A DNA stretch of 63,702 nucleotides, filler included, from Chiloscyllium plagiosum (taxonomy: Eukaryota): NCBI RefSeq assembly GCF_004010195.1. It is 4 parts of one record of this genome, joined end to end, with 100 filler letters (N's around TTAATTAATTAA, not from the genome) between each part and the next. Parts side by side here need not be neighbours in the genome. Positions count along the whole stretch, not along the records: positions 1 to 23,125 come from NC_057716.1; positions 23,226 to 34,486 come from NC_057716.1; 2 more parts are not named here. One strand, given 5' to 3'. A program made the position numbers and the translations under genes. Positions 11,740 to 24,549 of this stretch are shown piece after piece. Below the pieces are notes generated by a model. It made no database searches, had not been told where the DNA came from, and saw only the letters and a program-made list of their open reading frames with translations. Within the stretch, counting starts at the first letter, position 1. Every line of letters begins with the position of its first letter.

Positions 11740-14700
11740 TGTCTTGAAATCCTCATTTATATTCAGTGCCTTAACTTCCACAGCCTAATGTGGTACAGAA
11801 TTCCCAAGATTCACAGTTTCTGAGTGCAGACATTTATTCTCACCTCAGTGCAGAGTGGCCTGCCTGCACATCATACTGTGGGCCCTTGTTTTAGACCTCC
11901 CAGCAAGGGAATTATCATCCCTGCTTCCAATCTGTCTCACCTTCTCAGTGTTTTATATATTTCACTGAGATCTCCACTCATTTTCCTAAACCCCATGGGA
12001 TACAGGCCCAAACAACTCAACTGTGCTCCAACAACAAGCCTGTCATCCCAGAGGTCAATCTGGTCATACTTCGCTGCACTCCCTCAATGCCAGGTTTGTC
12101 CTTTATTCGGTAAGGAGACCAAAACTGCACACAATGCTGCACAATGTTCGAGATGGGGCTTCATCAAGGCCCTGTACAGCTGCAAAAAATTATCCTTACT
12201 CGTGGACTCAAATCCCTTTGAAATGAAGGTCAACACACCATCCACCTTCCTAACTGAATTCAGCGTCCAAAATCAAGCAACCACAGAAGCATAGACTCTG
12301 TACCGTCAGAAAGGCAGCAATATCTATTTTAATTCCACTCTCTTACTTGAAATCCGAAGCCATAAATGTTATGATACCGCAAGTGCTGGCTCAATTGCTT
12401 TTTAATTGTTGTGAGCTTACCAGTCACAACTACCTCTCAGGACATGTATGCCTGACCCCAACACCCTCTGGGCGAAAAACAATCCTCAAATCCTCTATCA
12501 ACCTCAAACCCTTGGCTTGAAAGGTGTGCTCCCTTGTTCTTGGCCCTCTGACTAAAAGGAACAGCTGCTGTCTATACATCCTGTCCATGCTCCTCAGAAT
12601 CTTATCGTACTGAATCACGTCGCACTCAGCCTTTCTACTTCAAAGTAAACAGCCCGAGCTTATACAGCCTCTCCCCATAGCTGATATGCTCCATCCCAGG
12701 GAACGTCCTGGTGAATCTCCTCTGCATCCACTCCAGTAAAATCACATCCTTCCTGTAATGTGGCTCCCAGAATTGCACACAGTATTCCTTCTTGGCCTAA
12801 CCAAAGCCCTGTATACACTTTAATAAGTCTATACACTATGAGTAAACACTATGATTACTATCTCCAGTGCCATCTTAACTAACATATTACCCTGCCTATT
12901 GACATTTAGGGATAGATGGAGAAACACCCCCTGAGCTTCCTGGTGTGCTGCCATTCATTGAGTACTCTCCTGACTGGTTCCTTCTTCCAAAGTACATCAC
13001 CTCATATTTATCAGGGTTACATTCCATCTACCGTTGATCCACCCATCTGACCTTTCCATCTGTATCTTCCTGAAACAAAAGGCCTTCCTCTTCACTGCCA
13101 ACCACTCGGACAATATTTGTATCAAACACAAACTTACTTATCATACTTGGCCCACCCCTTCCACATTCGCATCTATATAATTTTTAAATACCACAAATAA
13201 TGAGGGATACAGCAGTGATTCTTGTGGAACACCAGGGGACACTGATCTCCAGTCACACAAATAGCTTTCTACCACCACTCTCTGTCTCCTGCTACTAAGA
13301 CAATTTGAATGCCAGTTGCCTAATTACTCTTGATACCATGATCATGAGATTGTACGTTCTTCATCAGCTCTGTTAAAGGTCTGAATGAAAAACCATATAA
13401 ATAACCTCTTCGAAAAAAGTAAATAAAATTTGTTCGGTATGACTTCCCTCTAATGACTTCATGCTGACTATCCCTGATAAAATATTGCCTCTGTAAATGA
13501 AGATCAGTTTTTTTCCATCCCTATTTTCCCCAATAGTTTCCCTGACACTGATATGATACTCACTGATCTACAGTTCCCTGGTCTATCTCCACCAGCTTTC
13601 CTGTAAAGGGTGCACTCCAGAACTTTGGCCCCCTCTCCTTTGACCAGAATCTACTGAAATATTTGTTTCAGGGCCTTTCCTCCCTCTCTCCAACAGCAGC
13701 TTGTAATGCCACTCATCCATACCTGGGGATTTGTCCAATTTTATACCAGCCAAAGCCTTCACTCCCTGCTCGCATTTTATATCAATCTGCTCAAGAGCTT
13801 CCCAGTCCATATTCTCGTATTCTGTATCTGCCTCCTCCTTCTCCCAAGTAAAACAGTTGTGAAGTTCTCATATCACAATTTATTAATGTTCTCCAGCTTC
13901 ACACACAAATTGCCCCCTTTGGTTTCTAATTATTCCCTGGTTATTCTGTTCTGCTTGATGTCCTTGTGGAATATCTTGAAATTGTCGCTAAACTTGGTCG
14001 CACTTGTTAATGCCCCTATTTTCTTTAGTCCCCTCTGTTTCAATACTTTAAATCTTCACTGGAATCATCTCCATTCTCTGAAACATTAGAGAACAAAGGC
14101 TGAGTTTCCTTAGCAAACAATCTTGTCATCTGAGGAATTATTCTGACGAATGTCCATGCAGTATTCAGTTTGTTTTACTTAGATCAGGACATCAAAACTG
14201 TAGCTGAAAAATGTGTTGCTGGAAAAGCGCAGCTGGTCAGGCAGCATCCAAGGAGCAGGAGAAACGACGCTTCGAGCATAACCCTTCTTCAGGAATCCTG
14301 CCTGACCTACTGCGCTTTTCCAGCAACACATTTTTCAGCTCTTATCTCCAGCATCTGCAGTCCTCACTTTCCCCTACATCAAAACTGTAGGCAATACTCC
14401 AGATACAGACTCACCAAAACTATGTGTGACTGGTGCAGAATGTCTTTGCTTCTAGTCAGAGCAAATTGCTCCAGAATCTGGAATCTGTACTGAAACCAAC
14501 ATATGCTGGAGATTACAGTGAGTCAGACAGCATCTGTGGAGAGAGAGCATGCAGCGCTACATCAGCTATACAGTGATTCCATTTAACGCAGTCAAACTTC
14601 ACCTTTACTTTCTCTGATTTGCATATGTTCCTCCCAATACCCGTTGCTTTTTTTTTCTGCTGACGTACTGTATGAATTCTTTAAAAATCCTCCTGAATAT

Positions 14701-16030
14701 CCAACTATACCACAACCACTGGTTCTCCGTCATTTATATCTATAAGGGATATCTTCAAGCAAGAAGTTTGTGAATGATGACTTGCTTTTCAGATATCTAA
14801 AATCATTCTCTTCATGTTTGCTATAATTTTCGAAGTGTTGGAAATCGCATTCTTTACAATAAAGTCCAGCAGATTCCTTACTGTGAGTGACAAGTTAACT
14901 GATCTGTAGCTGTCCACTCTCCCTCTTCCCTTCTTAAGTTATTGAAATGCATTTGCAACCTTCCAAACTGAATATGGAAAATCACAGTGATCCCTAATGC
15001 AATCAACCTGTTTATTGCCGCTTTCTCTGAAATTTTGGTATGATGTAATCTGATCCAACAGCCGTATCAGTGCTCAATCCAGCTGTGTTTTGAAATAGTA
15101 GCTCATCACTGACATGAATGTTTTTATTTTTTGGTTATGCAAGTCCATGGACACGTTATATTTCTGGGAGATTTTCTGGATCTTTTTCCATGAAGACAGA
15201 CATAAAGTAACTGTTTAGTTTCCTGTCATTTTTCTGTTCCCTCCAACAAATTATCCTGTCCGCACATTCAGTATTCCACATTTGACCTTGTTTATTTCCC
15301 TTTCAAATATTCATAGAGGTTTTTCCGTCAGGCTTTTTGTTTCTGGTTAGTTTGCATTATTGTACTCTTTTTGATTTACTGAATACTTTTTTGTCCTCTT
15401 TTGTTGTGTCCTAAATTTCAGTGAATCCATAATATCTGGCAATTTTCTGGGGCACGTTCTTTGGTCTAATGCAATTTTGACATCTTTTGTTAACCCTCGT
15501 TGAGTCACCTTTCCCTTTTGCTATTTACACCGTGGAGGGATATATGAATATTGTATGCCTTAAAGTGTTTCTATAAGTAACAGACATTGCCTGTCTTTCA
15601 TTAAATATTTTTCAAGTACTTTTCAAATTCGCTGAAGCCAAGTTATTCCCCATATGTTCATGTGTTACATGACTCAGAAATATAAACGCAATTTAAGAAC
15701 AAAAAACTATTTTGCATTCAGACGTCATGAAAATTTCAATGTATTAATATCATTATTCCCAATAGCTCCTTTACACCAAAGTTTCAATTAGCTCTTCTGA
15801 TTACACAACACTTCCAAAATCGCCTCATCGCTAACTTGGTGCTCAACATACTGTTAAAACAACCCATCTTATACACGCTCAAGAATCAGATGTAACTTGA
15901 AGCTGTCCATTATTACTGCACTACCCATAAACCTGACGATCTAATTTCTTGTTTTATATCATACCCAAAAATTGTATCACAATTTTGACTTTGACATATA
16001 ACTCCCATCAACGTGTGCTTCTCCTTGCTG
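11740..16030 (-). mobile_element. Cluster of old, heavily decayed antisense CR1 fragments
   Basis: Reverse-strand CR1 motifs (KSPGMDE, acatcacctcatattt, ccaaagccctgta); many indels. Confidence 0.65.
14189..14390. mobile_element. Short Penelope-derived foldback insertion with 15-bp TSD
   Basis: TSD acatcaaaactgtag at 14189-14203 and 14376-14390; inverted arms; degenerate hammerhead core. Confidence 0.8.
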
Positions 16031-16454
16031 TTTCTAAGCTCCACCTTACCAGAGTATCTGGAATATGAGTGACGTGGGCTCTTGGGAGCTTAATGGTAGA
16101 TTCAGGCGAGATGTTTGGCGACACATATCTCAACATTGATATTATCTCATCACATCTTACCCGTTCTTCTCTAGCGCCATTGTAACATTTTATCCAGATC
16201 TCCCGTTATGCTGTGGGGTAGAGAAGGACAATGATCTTTCAGCTGTGCTGTGTATTCCCCCAGTGAGCTGAGACTGCTCTAACCTGGGAGGGAACTTTAC
16301 AGCAGGCTGGTAATGTGTTGCTGCTGCTGTACATGATCTTAGTGAGATCACATCTGCAGTAGTGTGTACAGATTTAATCTCCTCACTGAGGAAAGGATTT
16401 TGGAATTAACTCAGATATTGTTCCCTCAACGGATTTCTGCAACAAATGTGTTAA

Positions 16455-16780
16455 TCATAGAATCCCTACATCGTAGAAGCAGGTCACTTCACCCATCGAC
16501 TTCACACAGACCCTCTAAAGACTATCCCATCCAAACCCAATCCATTCTCCCCGCCCCTCCTCCCCCACCCCCCAATCCACCCAGTCCCTGTAACCAGGCA
16601 TTTTCCATGACTGATGCACTTAGCCTGCACATCTTGGCACTGTGAGAAGAAACTGGAGCAACCTACTGAAACCCACGCAGACACAGGGAGAATGCACAAA
16701 CTCCACACCGTCCCCTGAGTCTGGAATTGAACCTGGATCACTGGTGCTGTGAGGCAGCAGTGATAACCACAGAGTTACCC
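16455..16780 (-). mobile_element. HE1-type SINE
   Basis: Reverse complement of the 21968-22293 element, including A/B boxes. Confidence 0.85.
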
Positions 16781-16934
16781 AGTGAGGGCAACACAACCTG
16801 TCTGCACAGTTCAGCCCTCGAAATGTGACAAAGCAGCAGGGTGTTTGCATAAGTCCCCAAACCTATCGTTGAGCAACAGGAGGAGGACATTGAGATCTTC
16901 AACGGCTTGATCAGGAACTGGTACAGGACATGCT

Positions 16935-17165
16935 AGCTATCGAGACTATAATTTTGGAACACGAGGAGGACATTCATCCCATCGAGACTATAATATTGGA
17001 ACACCACGAGGACATTCAGCTCATCGAGACTATAACGTATAAACACAAGGATGATATTCAGCCCTTCGAGACTATAATGTAGGAACAATACAAAGACATT
17101 CAGCCCATCGAGACTATAACGTCGGAACACCAGGGGGGCATCCAGCCTATCGAGTGTGTAAACCA
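16935..17165. repeat. 42-bp minisatellite (about 5.5 copies; cagcccatcgagactataa...ggaacac...gacatt)
   Basis: cgagactataa recurs at about 42-bp spacing. Confidence 0.85.
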
Positions 17166-18856
17166 GGAACAGTATGAGTTCATTCAGACACTCATATCCC
17201 TTGCACCACAACTGGAATAGATCTTTTACAGCTTTGTGCTTATTACACAGGAATTGAAAGAAAATGTAGAGGTTATAGAAAGGAAAGAATTTAGAATAAC
17301 CAGCTTCACTAGGGGAATGGAAAGTAATGGACAAACTATTGGGACTGAAGACAAATTGTTAGAATCTGTTATTGAGGAAATAATAATGGAAGATTTTCAA
17401 AGTCAAACCACAATCCATCACTGTCAACATGATTTTATGAATGATAAATCTTCTTTGAATGATGTGACAAAGTTTCTTTTAGTATAAAATGACAAACAAG
17501 TTGGATAAAGGGAATGCTAGAGATGTATTATATCTGGACTTCCATGTTGCATAATGTGTCACACAAAAGATTAATATGCAAGACAAGAGCACATGGGGTT
17601 AGGAAATGTTTATTTTCTAGGAGAAAGGATTGGCTAACCAATAAAAGCCATGATATGGAGATACAAGAAACCATTCTTTCTCTATGCACTGCCAATGATG
17701 TGGAATTTAAAAGTTTCTTGCATCTCTATGTCAACATCAATAAAACCAGCACCAGAGGTGCCTGTCCAGATGAATATCACTCTCAGGAGATGCTCAATCA
17801 GAAAGAATTCACTCGAAACAGGGAGTGGTCAGTTGCCTGACTAGAAATGAGCTGTAAATATATGGGGAGCAGGCAGAGGATTGGAGCTATCGTTGCTTTT
17901 GTTCTTCCCTCACAGGAGGTGTGCAGCCTTGTTCAGGCCAGCATGTTGTGCTAATATTGAACTGAGTGGCTGGGTGGCTGGTTCAGCTGTTCCACAGGAC
18001 AGTAAAGGGTAAAACACATTGCTGTGGGTTTACAGTTACACAGAGATCTGACCAGGGAAGGATGACCCATTGCACTTTCTCTAAAGGACATGAGGAAAGC
18101 AGATGGGTTGCTTCTCACAAATAATGATGGTTTCATTTCAATGCCCCAATTCAGTTCATGAGCTATCTGTGCCTCTAGATTATGAGTAAATGACTTGACC
18201 ACCATACACTCCTTTGGACTGTATGATCAGTGTGTTGTCATTCCCAGGGAACAGTCAAGACTGCGTCATTGAGATGTTCAAGGCTGACCTTAACTTACGT
18301 TGATGGATAGCACAATCAATGCTTATTGGGACCAGACAGGAAAGGAGGTAGTCAACTGCAAACAGACCAGTAATGATGTTTCTAAATTTAGTAGCAGGCT
18401 GGAGGGGACGAATGGCCAACTGCCCCTCCTATCCCACAAGTTGTTCTCCCAATTATTCCTTGACGCTGTTATAGGAAGAAAGGTAGACTGCATTCAGCCA
18501 GTCAGCGTTTTAATTATGAGACAGGAGGAGGCCATTCTGTCGCTCAATGGAGTGATACAGAAATAGGATGCAGTCTTTAAGCCTATTTACTAACTTTACC
18601 ATTTGGAGGAGGCCCTACAAACTTTCTGGGCAACTACAGTTGAACAGGGGAGCCCTGGTTCGTCAACCTGAAGTACAGTGTAGAGATAATTTCTCTTTTT
18701 CAGAGTGGACAGCTGTAACTAGTGGAAGTCCTCAGAGATCAGTGTGAGTTTATCAACATCTTACAATCTGGATTAATGCTTGGGATGAAGGGGATGAATG
18801 GTTGGGAGTTCAATTGCCTTATACACCAGGATAGTTTTACAAAAAGCTGTCAAGTG

Positions 18857-19046
18857 GAGACAGAGCTTCTGCAATGGGATAGAGACAGGTGAGTGTAGAG
18901 CGTCTACAATGGGATACAGAGAGGGGGAAGGCAGAGCATCTGCAATGGGATTCAGACAGAAGGAGGCAGAGCGTCTGCTATTGGATACAGACAGGTGAGA
19001 TCAGAGCATCTGCAGTAGGATACAGACAGGGGGAAGGCAGGGTGGC
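18857..19046. repeat. About 35-bp minisatellite (cagagcatctgcaatgggatacagacagg) running into an N gap
   Basis: About 5 visible copies. Confidence 0.8.
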
Positions 19047-19547
19047 NNNNNNNNNNNNNNNNNNNNNNNNNNNNNNNNNNNNNNNNNNNNNNNNNNNNNN
19101 NNNNNNNNNNNNNNNNNNNNNNNNNNNNNNNNNNNNNNNNNNNNNNNNNNNNNNNNNNNNNNNNNNNNNNNNNNNNNNNNNNNNNNNNNNNNNNNNNNNN
19201 NNNNNNNNNNNNNNNNNNNNNNNNNNNNNNNNNNNNNNNNNNNNNNNNNNNNNNNNNNNNNNNNNNNNNNNNNNNNNNNNNNNNNNNNNNNNNNNNNNNN
19301 NNNNNNNNNNNNNNNNNNNNNNNNNNNNNNNNNNNNNNNNNNNNNNNNNNNNNNNNNNNNNNNNNNNNNNNNNNNNNNNNNNNNNNNNNNNNNNNNNNNN
19401 NNNNNNNNNNNNNNNNNNNNNNNNNNNNNNNNNNNNNNNNNNNNNNNNNNNNNNNNNNNNNNNNNNNNNNNNNNNNNNNNNNNNNNNNNNNNNNNNNNNN
19501 NNNNNNNNNNNNNNNNNNNNNNNNNNNNNNNNNNNNNNNNNNNNNNA

Positions 19548-19865
19548 ACATCTACCATTCAACAGGATATTCTAAACCCATGACTACTTCCATCTAGAAG
19601 GACAAGGACAGCAGATACGTAGGAACACTACCCCGTGCACATTTCCCTCCAAGCCACTCACCATCCTGACTTGGAAATATATCGCCATTCCTTTAGTGTA
19701 GGTGGGTCAAAATCCTGGAATTCCCTCACTAAGGGCATTGTGAGTCTACCTACAGCACATGGACTGCAGTGGTTCAAGAGGCAGCTCACCCCCACCTTCT
19801 CAAGGGATGGGTAATAAATGCTGGGTCCAGCCAGTGACACTCACATTGCATGAATTAATTTTTCA
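19548..19865 (+). mobile_element. 3' end of the second LINE family (CR1/L2 group)
   Basis: Matches 40865-41250 in reverse and 42360-42485; ends ...aataaatgctgggtccagccag. Confidence 0.75.
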
Positions 19866-20057
19866 AAAGTGACTTGTCAAATTCTACCTAGGGTTGCATG
19901 AGATTACAACAATAGAAAGTAGAAGTACAGCATTCAGCCCTTTGAGCCATCTCCACAAGGAGGAGTGAGGCAATAGAGAGACTTGAAGCCACGAATTAGA
20001 ATTTCAAAATCCTGGGAACCAATATAGGCCCGATAACTCCAACAGTAGGGTAGCAAG

Positions 20058-20279
20058 TCTTGTTGCAAGTTAAAATGTGGAGCTGGAAAAAGCACAGCAG
20101 GTCAAGCTACATCAGAAAAGCAGGAAAGTTGACGTTTTGGACAGGACCCTTCATCGAAAAGTCAACTTTGTTGCTCCTCTGATGCTGCTTGACCTGGCAT
20201 GCTTTTACTCAGCTCTGCATTTTATCGATTCTGACTTTCCAGCATCTGCGGTCCTCACTTTTTTCTTGTTGCAAGTTAA
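20058..20279. mobile_element. Short Penelope-derived foldback insertion with 16-bp TSD (older)
   Basis: TSD tcttgttgcaagttaa at 20058-20073 and 20264-20279. Confidence 0.8.
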
Positions 20280-20744
20280 GGCACGACAGAGTTTTAGATG
20301 ACTGTGGGTTAGGAGGGTAGAATGTTTAGAGATTAGAAAGGTATGGCCACACGTGAGCTAAAATTTGTGAAGCTGGGCAGTGGGAATAGGCGGGCTTCAT
20401 GGTGGTAAAATGATCATGAGCAGAGGTCGATGACCAGGGAGTACAGTACTCAAACATTGCTAGAAGCAGACAAAGCTTTTCATTTCACATATTTCACTAC
20501 ACTAAATTGTGTCTGCCTATTTCAACATTCTCAGTCGTCTTGAAGTCTGTTACTCTCATCGCTATTTATGATATTATTGAGCTTTATATAATCCATAAAC
20601 TTCTAAATTGTACTGCCTAAACAATTCAGCCAATTATAAACAACAATCAGTGGTCCTAAAATCAAACCCTCAGGTACCTCTTTCAGGTTATTCAAAAATT
20701 ATTTTCCTTTATCAAATTGATACTCGGCTAATGTGAAAGCGAGG

Positions 20745-21004
20745 TGAAAGTGAGGACTGCAGCTGCTGGAGATTAGAGTAAAGAATGTGGTGCTGGAAAA
20801 GCACAACAGGTCAGGCAGCAGGAAAATCAACATTTCAGGCAAAACGCCTTCATCAGGAAAGCTTTGAGGAGAAAGTGAGGTCTGCAGATGCTGGAGATCA
20901 GAGCTGAAAATGTGTTGCTGGAAAAGCGCAGCAGGTCAGGCAGCATCCAGGGAACAGGAGAATCGACGTTTCGGGCAACACATTTTCAGCTCATCAGGAA
21001 AGCT
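20745..21004 (-). mobile_element. Two nested Penelope-derived short elements; the younger (14-bp TSD) is inserted at the hammerhead of the older
   Basis: TSD tcatcaggaaagct at 20850-20863 and 20991-21004. Confidence 0.75.
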
Positions 21005-21779
21005 GTCAAGAAGAGTATTTCAAAAGAGTGGAAAGCAAGAAAACAAAAAAAAAATATTCCTTGTGCTCTTGCCATTGAAGAGGCAGTTTCAGTTCAGCTT
21101 TAAGTCTCAAATATTCATAGGAAACAAATGCAGAATTTATTACAATATGTTCTCCAAATGAAACTTCCCAATTAAAGCTGTCGGAATTACAGTGACAACT
21201 TTGGTAGAGATCACCATTCTTTGAATTTGCAGTATGAAGGGGCCGATGAATCAACAATAATCAACAGAACTGAATCAGCTCAACCTCAAGTTCTAATATT
21301 CTCTAAAATCTTAACAAAGTATCAAAATTAAATGGACTTTTCATTTTGTGAAAACCCTGCATTTAAAAAACAGCAAAGATATTTTAATTCAATACTCTCA
21401 TCTGGCTGAAGGATGACCACTGACACAATTTATTTTTTGAAACAGGCATTGTAGAATTTCAAACAAATCAGGGGCTCAAGGTCCTCAATCAATTTGTTTT
21501 AAGGTTACATGCTTGATAATTTTAAAAAAGGACATAATGTTATACAATTTCAATGTAAAACCAAAATCTGCCCTAATACATAGCCCACAAATCACACTGA
21601 ATTGAGATCCTGATCCGAACAAGGCAAAATAGTTACTTTGATATTTTCGGAACCAGTATTTTAACAAAGCAAAATAGTTAAATATCAAACACTTTCAGTA
21701 TGGCGTAATTTACATTGAAACATCCCCCCTTGACCCAAGTATCAGTACAGCCTTAATTTCAGCGTTTCTCTTTTAGTTC

Positions 21780-22335
21780 TGATTTGGAGGTGCTGGTGTT
21801 GGGCTGGGGTGTACAAACTTATAAACCACACAACACCAGGTTATATCCAACAGGTTTAATTGGAAGCACTAGCTTTTGGAGTGCTGTTCCCTCATCAGGT
21901 GGTTGTCTGATTCGGCGCTCCGAAATCTAGTGTGCTTCAAACTAAACCTGTTGGACTATAACTATGTGGGCGGCACGGTGGCACAGTGGTTAGCACTGCT
22001 GCCTCACAGCGCCTGAGACCCGGGTTCAATTCCCGCCTCAGGCGACTGACTGTGTGGAGTTTGCACGTTCTCCCCGTGTCTGCGTGGGTTTCCTCCGGGT
22101 GCTCCGGTTTCCTCCCACAGTCCAAAAGATGTGCAGGGTCAGGTGAATTGGCCATGCTAAATTGCCAGTAATGTTAGGGGCAGGGGTAAATGTAGGGGTA
22201 TGGGTGGGTTTCGCTTCGGCGGGTCGGTGTGGACTTGTTGGGCCGGAGGGCCTGTTTCCATACTGTAATGTAATCTAATCTAATCTAATCTAATAACCTG
22301 GTTTTGTGTGATTTTTAACTTTTTGTTCACATCCT
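21780..22335. mobile_element. Second-family Penelope-derived inverted element, interrupted by an HE1 SINE
   Basis: cacacaacaccaggttata..caacaggtttaattggaagcactagc...ctcatcagg is mirrored by gaaatctagtgtgcttc...cctgttggactataac [SINE] ctggttttgtgtgatttttaac; homologous to 60721-60845. Confidence 0.7.
21968..22293 (+). mobile_element. HE1-type tRNA-derived SINE, full length and young
   Basis: A-box ggtggcacagtggttagc, B-box gggttcaattccc, body, CR1-like tail gggcctgtttcca..(taatc)n. Confidence 0.92.
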
Positions 22336-22864
22336 CTCACTGAAATTACACTTATTAAAAGAGAAAGCCCTTGCAGCAGACTGCACAGCACCGCAGTCCA
22401 AGCCACTTCCCTTCCCCCAGAAGAAAGACTTGCCAAGTCAAGTCCACAGCCAGAAACTGAGACTCCCACATCAAAAACCCAGACAAAGCTTCCCCAGGGG
22501 TCAATGCACTTCACTGTCAGGATCCGAGCAGACCTGCACAACTTTATCCCCCTTTTCCCGGTGACACCATGTTGTCCTAAAAGTACGTCTAAGGAGAGGT
22601 GTGGGGTCAAAGGTGATAACTTTCAGAAGTACCAAATTTTGTTTAGATTTTTTCTATGAAGTTGATGATTTCTAACTTTTTTTGCCCTGGAGCCTCAAAC
22701 CTAATGTCTGGAGGACTTCAAAGCTCCTTTTTCCAGGGGACTTTAGCCCCCTTTTACTGAGAGGACTCTAACCCCTTTCTCACTTCTCACGGGGTCTCGA
22801 ATCCCTTTTCTTACTCTATATGTCTGGGGACTAGTGTGCTTCAAACTAAACCCCAATTAAAACC

Positions 22865-23125
22865 CAGGTTCTTGTGGGAAGCAAGGGAAATATCTTGCTG
22901 AGATATTTGTATCATCAATAGTCACAGGTGAGGTGCCGGAAGACTGGAGGTTGGCTAACGCGGTGCCACTGTTTAAGAAGGGCGGTAAGGACAAGCCAGG
23001 GAACTATAGACCAGTGAGCCTAACCTCAGTGGTGGGCAAGTTGTTGGAGGGAATCCTGAGGGACAGGATGTACATGTATTTGGAAAGGCAAGGACTGATT
23101 AGGGATAGTCAACATAGCTTTGTGC
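22865..23125 (+). mobile_element. CR1 ORF2 fragment ending at a gap
   Basis: PEDWRLANAVPLFKKGGKDKPGNYRPVSLTSVVGKLLE. Confidence 0.9.
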
Positions 23126-23225
23126 NNNNNNNNNNNNNNNNNNNNNNNNNNNNNNNNNNNNNNNNNNNNTTAATTAATTAANNNNNNNNNNNNNNNNNNN
23201 NNNNNNNNNNNNNNNNNNNNNNNNN
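23126..23225. other. Assembly gap with artificial linker (44 N + TTAATTAATTAA + 44 N)
   Basis: The identical 100-bp construct occurs at 34487-34586 and 59809-59908; it has stops in all frames. Confidence 0.95.
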
Positions 23226-23710
23226 GTAAAGACAGAAGCAAAAAACTCATTTAGGGCTTCCCCTACCTCCTCAGACTCTATACACAAGTTCCCTATGCTA
23301 TCCCTGATCGACCCTACTCTTTCTTTGATCATTCTCTTATTCCTCATATACGTGTAAAATGCCTTTGGATTCTCCCTAATCCTTCCTGCCAAGCCTTTTT
23401 CGTGCCCCCTCCTGGCTCTCCTCAGACCATTTTTGAGCTCCTTCCTCGCCTGCCTGTAATCCTCTAGAGCTGAGCAAGACTCTTGCTTCCTCCACCTTAA
23501 GTAAGTTGCCTTCCTTCTTTCGACGAGAAGCTCCTCTGCTGTCGTCATCCAAGGTTCCTTAATCTTACCCCTTCTTGCCTGTCTCAGAGGAACACATTTA
23601 TGCATCACTCACAACAACTGTTCCTTAAACAGTCTCCACATGTCTATAGTGCCCTTTCCATGTAGCAATTGCTCCCAGTCCATGCTTCCCAACTCACGTC
23701 TGATAGCATC
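23226..23710 (-). mobile_element. CR1 ORF2 fragment (endonuclease-RT linker)
   Basis: IRENPKAFYTY...EALNEFFASVF. Confidence 0.88.
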
Positions 23711-23859
23711 CTTGTGGGAGCTCAGTAATCACTGCCTGCATTCAGAAAAAGACCCAATTAATTCCACTCTCTGTTATCCAATTTTTGATCGATTACAATA
23801 AACTACCCACTATCCCATATGCTTTCGTTTTGCCCAACATTCCACTTATGAGGAAGCTT

Positions 23860-24330
23860 ATAGAGTCATATGGCACAGAAACAGACCCTTCGGTCCAACT
23901 CGTCCATGCTGACCAGATATCCTAAATTAAGCTAGTCCCATTTGCCAGCATTTGGCCCATATCCTTCTAAACCCTTCCTATTCATATACCCATCCAGATG
24001 CCTTTTAAGTGTTGTAATTGTACCAGCCTCCACCACTTCCTCTGGCAGCTCATTCCATACATGCACCACCCTCTGTGTGAAAAAGTTGTCCCTTATGCCC
24101 CTTTTAAATCTTTCCCCTCTCATCCTAAATCTATGCCCTCTAGTTTTGGACTCCCGCTTCTTGGGGAAAAGATATTGTCTATTTACCCTATCCATGCCCC
24201 TCTTGATTTTAGAAATCTCTACAAGGTCACCCCTCAACCTCTGACGCTCCAGGGAAAACAGCTCCAGCCTGTTCAGCTTCTCCCTATGGCTGAAACCCTC
24301 CAACCCTGGCAACAGCCTTGTAAATCTTTA
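23860..24330 (-). mobile_element. CR1 3' fragment
   Basis: LFSLERQRLRGDL...FFTQRVVHVWNELP...GYGPNAGKWD. Confidence 0.9.
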
Positions 24331-24549
24331 ATAATATTCTTCTGAAAGAAAAGTTCTTCTGGAAATTCAAATGAATCACATTCACTGGTTCTCCCATATT
24401 GATTCTAATAACTACATTCTCAAAAAGCTTTTGTTGAGTAAGATTGGCCTTTCGTGCACCCATGCTGACTTTGTCTAATCCTGTTAATCCTTTCCAAATA
24501 TTCTGTATCATGTCTTTTGTAATAGACTCTAGCATTCAACCGTTGAATG

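Noticed and set aside
16933..17334. 133-aa ORF with LRR-like 14-aa repeats
   Set aside because: Translation of a 42-bp minisatellite plus a CR1 relic; no splice or domain support.
18889..19575. Long ORFs across 19047-19546
   Set aside because: Made of N residues from an assembly gap.
21968..22045. tRNA gene
   Set aside because: A/B boxes belong to the tRNA-derived head of an HE1 SINE; no complete cloverleaf.
23170..23181. TTAATTAATTAA as a biological motif (also 34531-34542 and 59853-59864)
   Set aside because: Always centred in 44+44 N; an artificial scaffolding linker.
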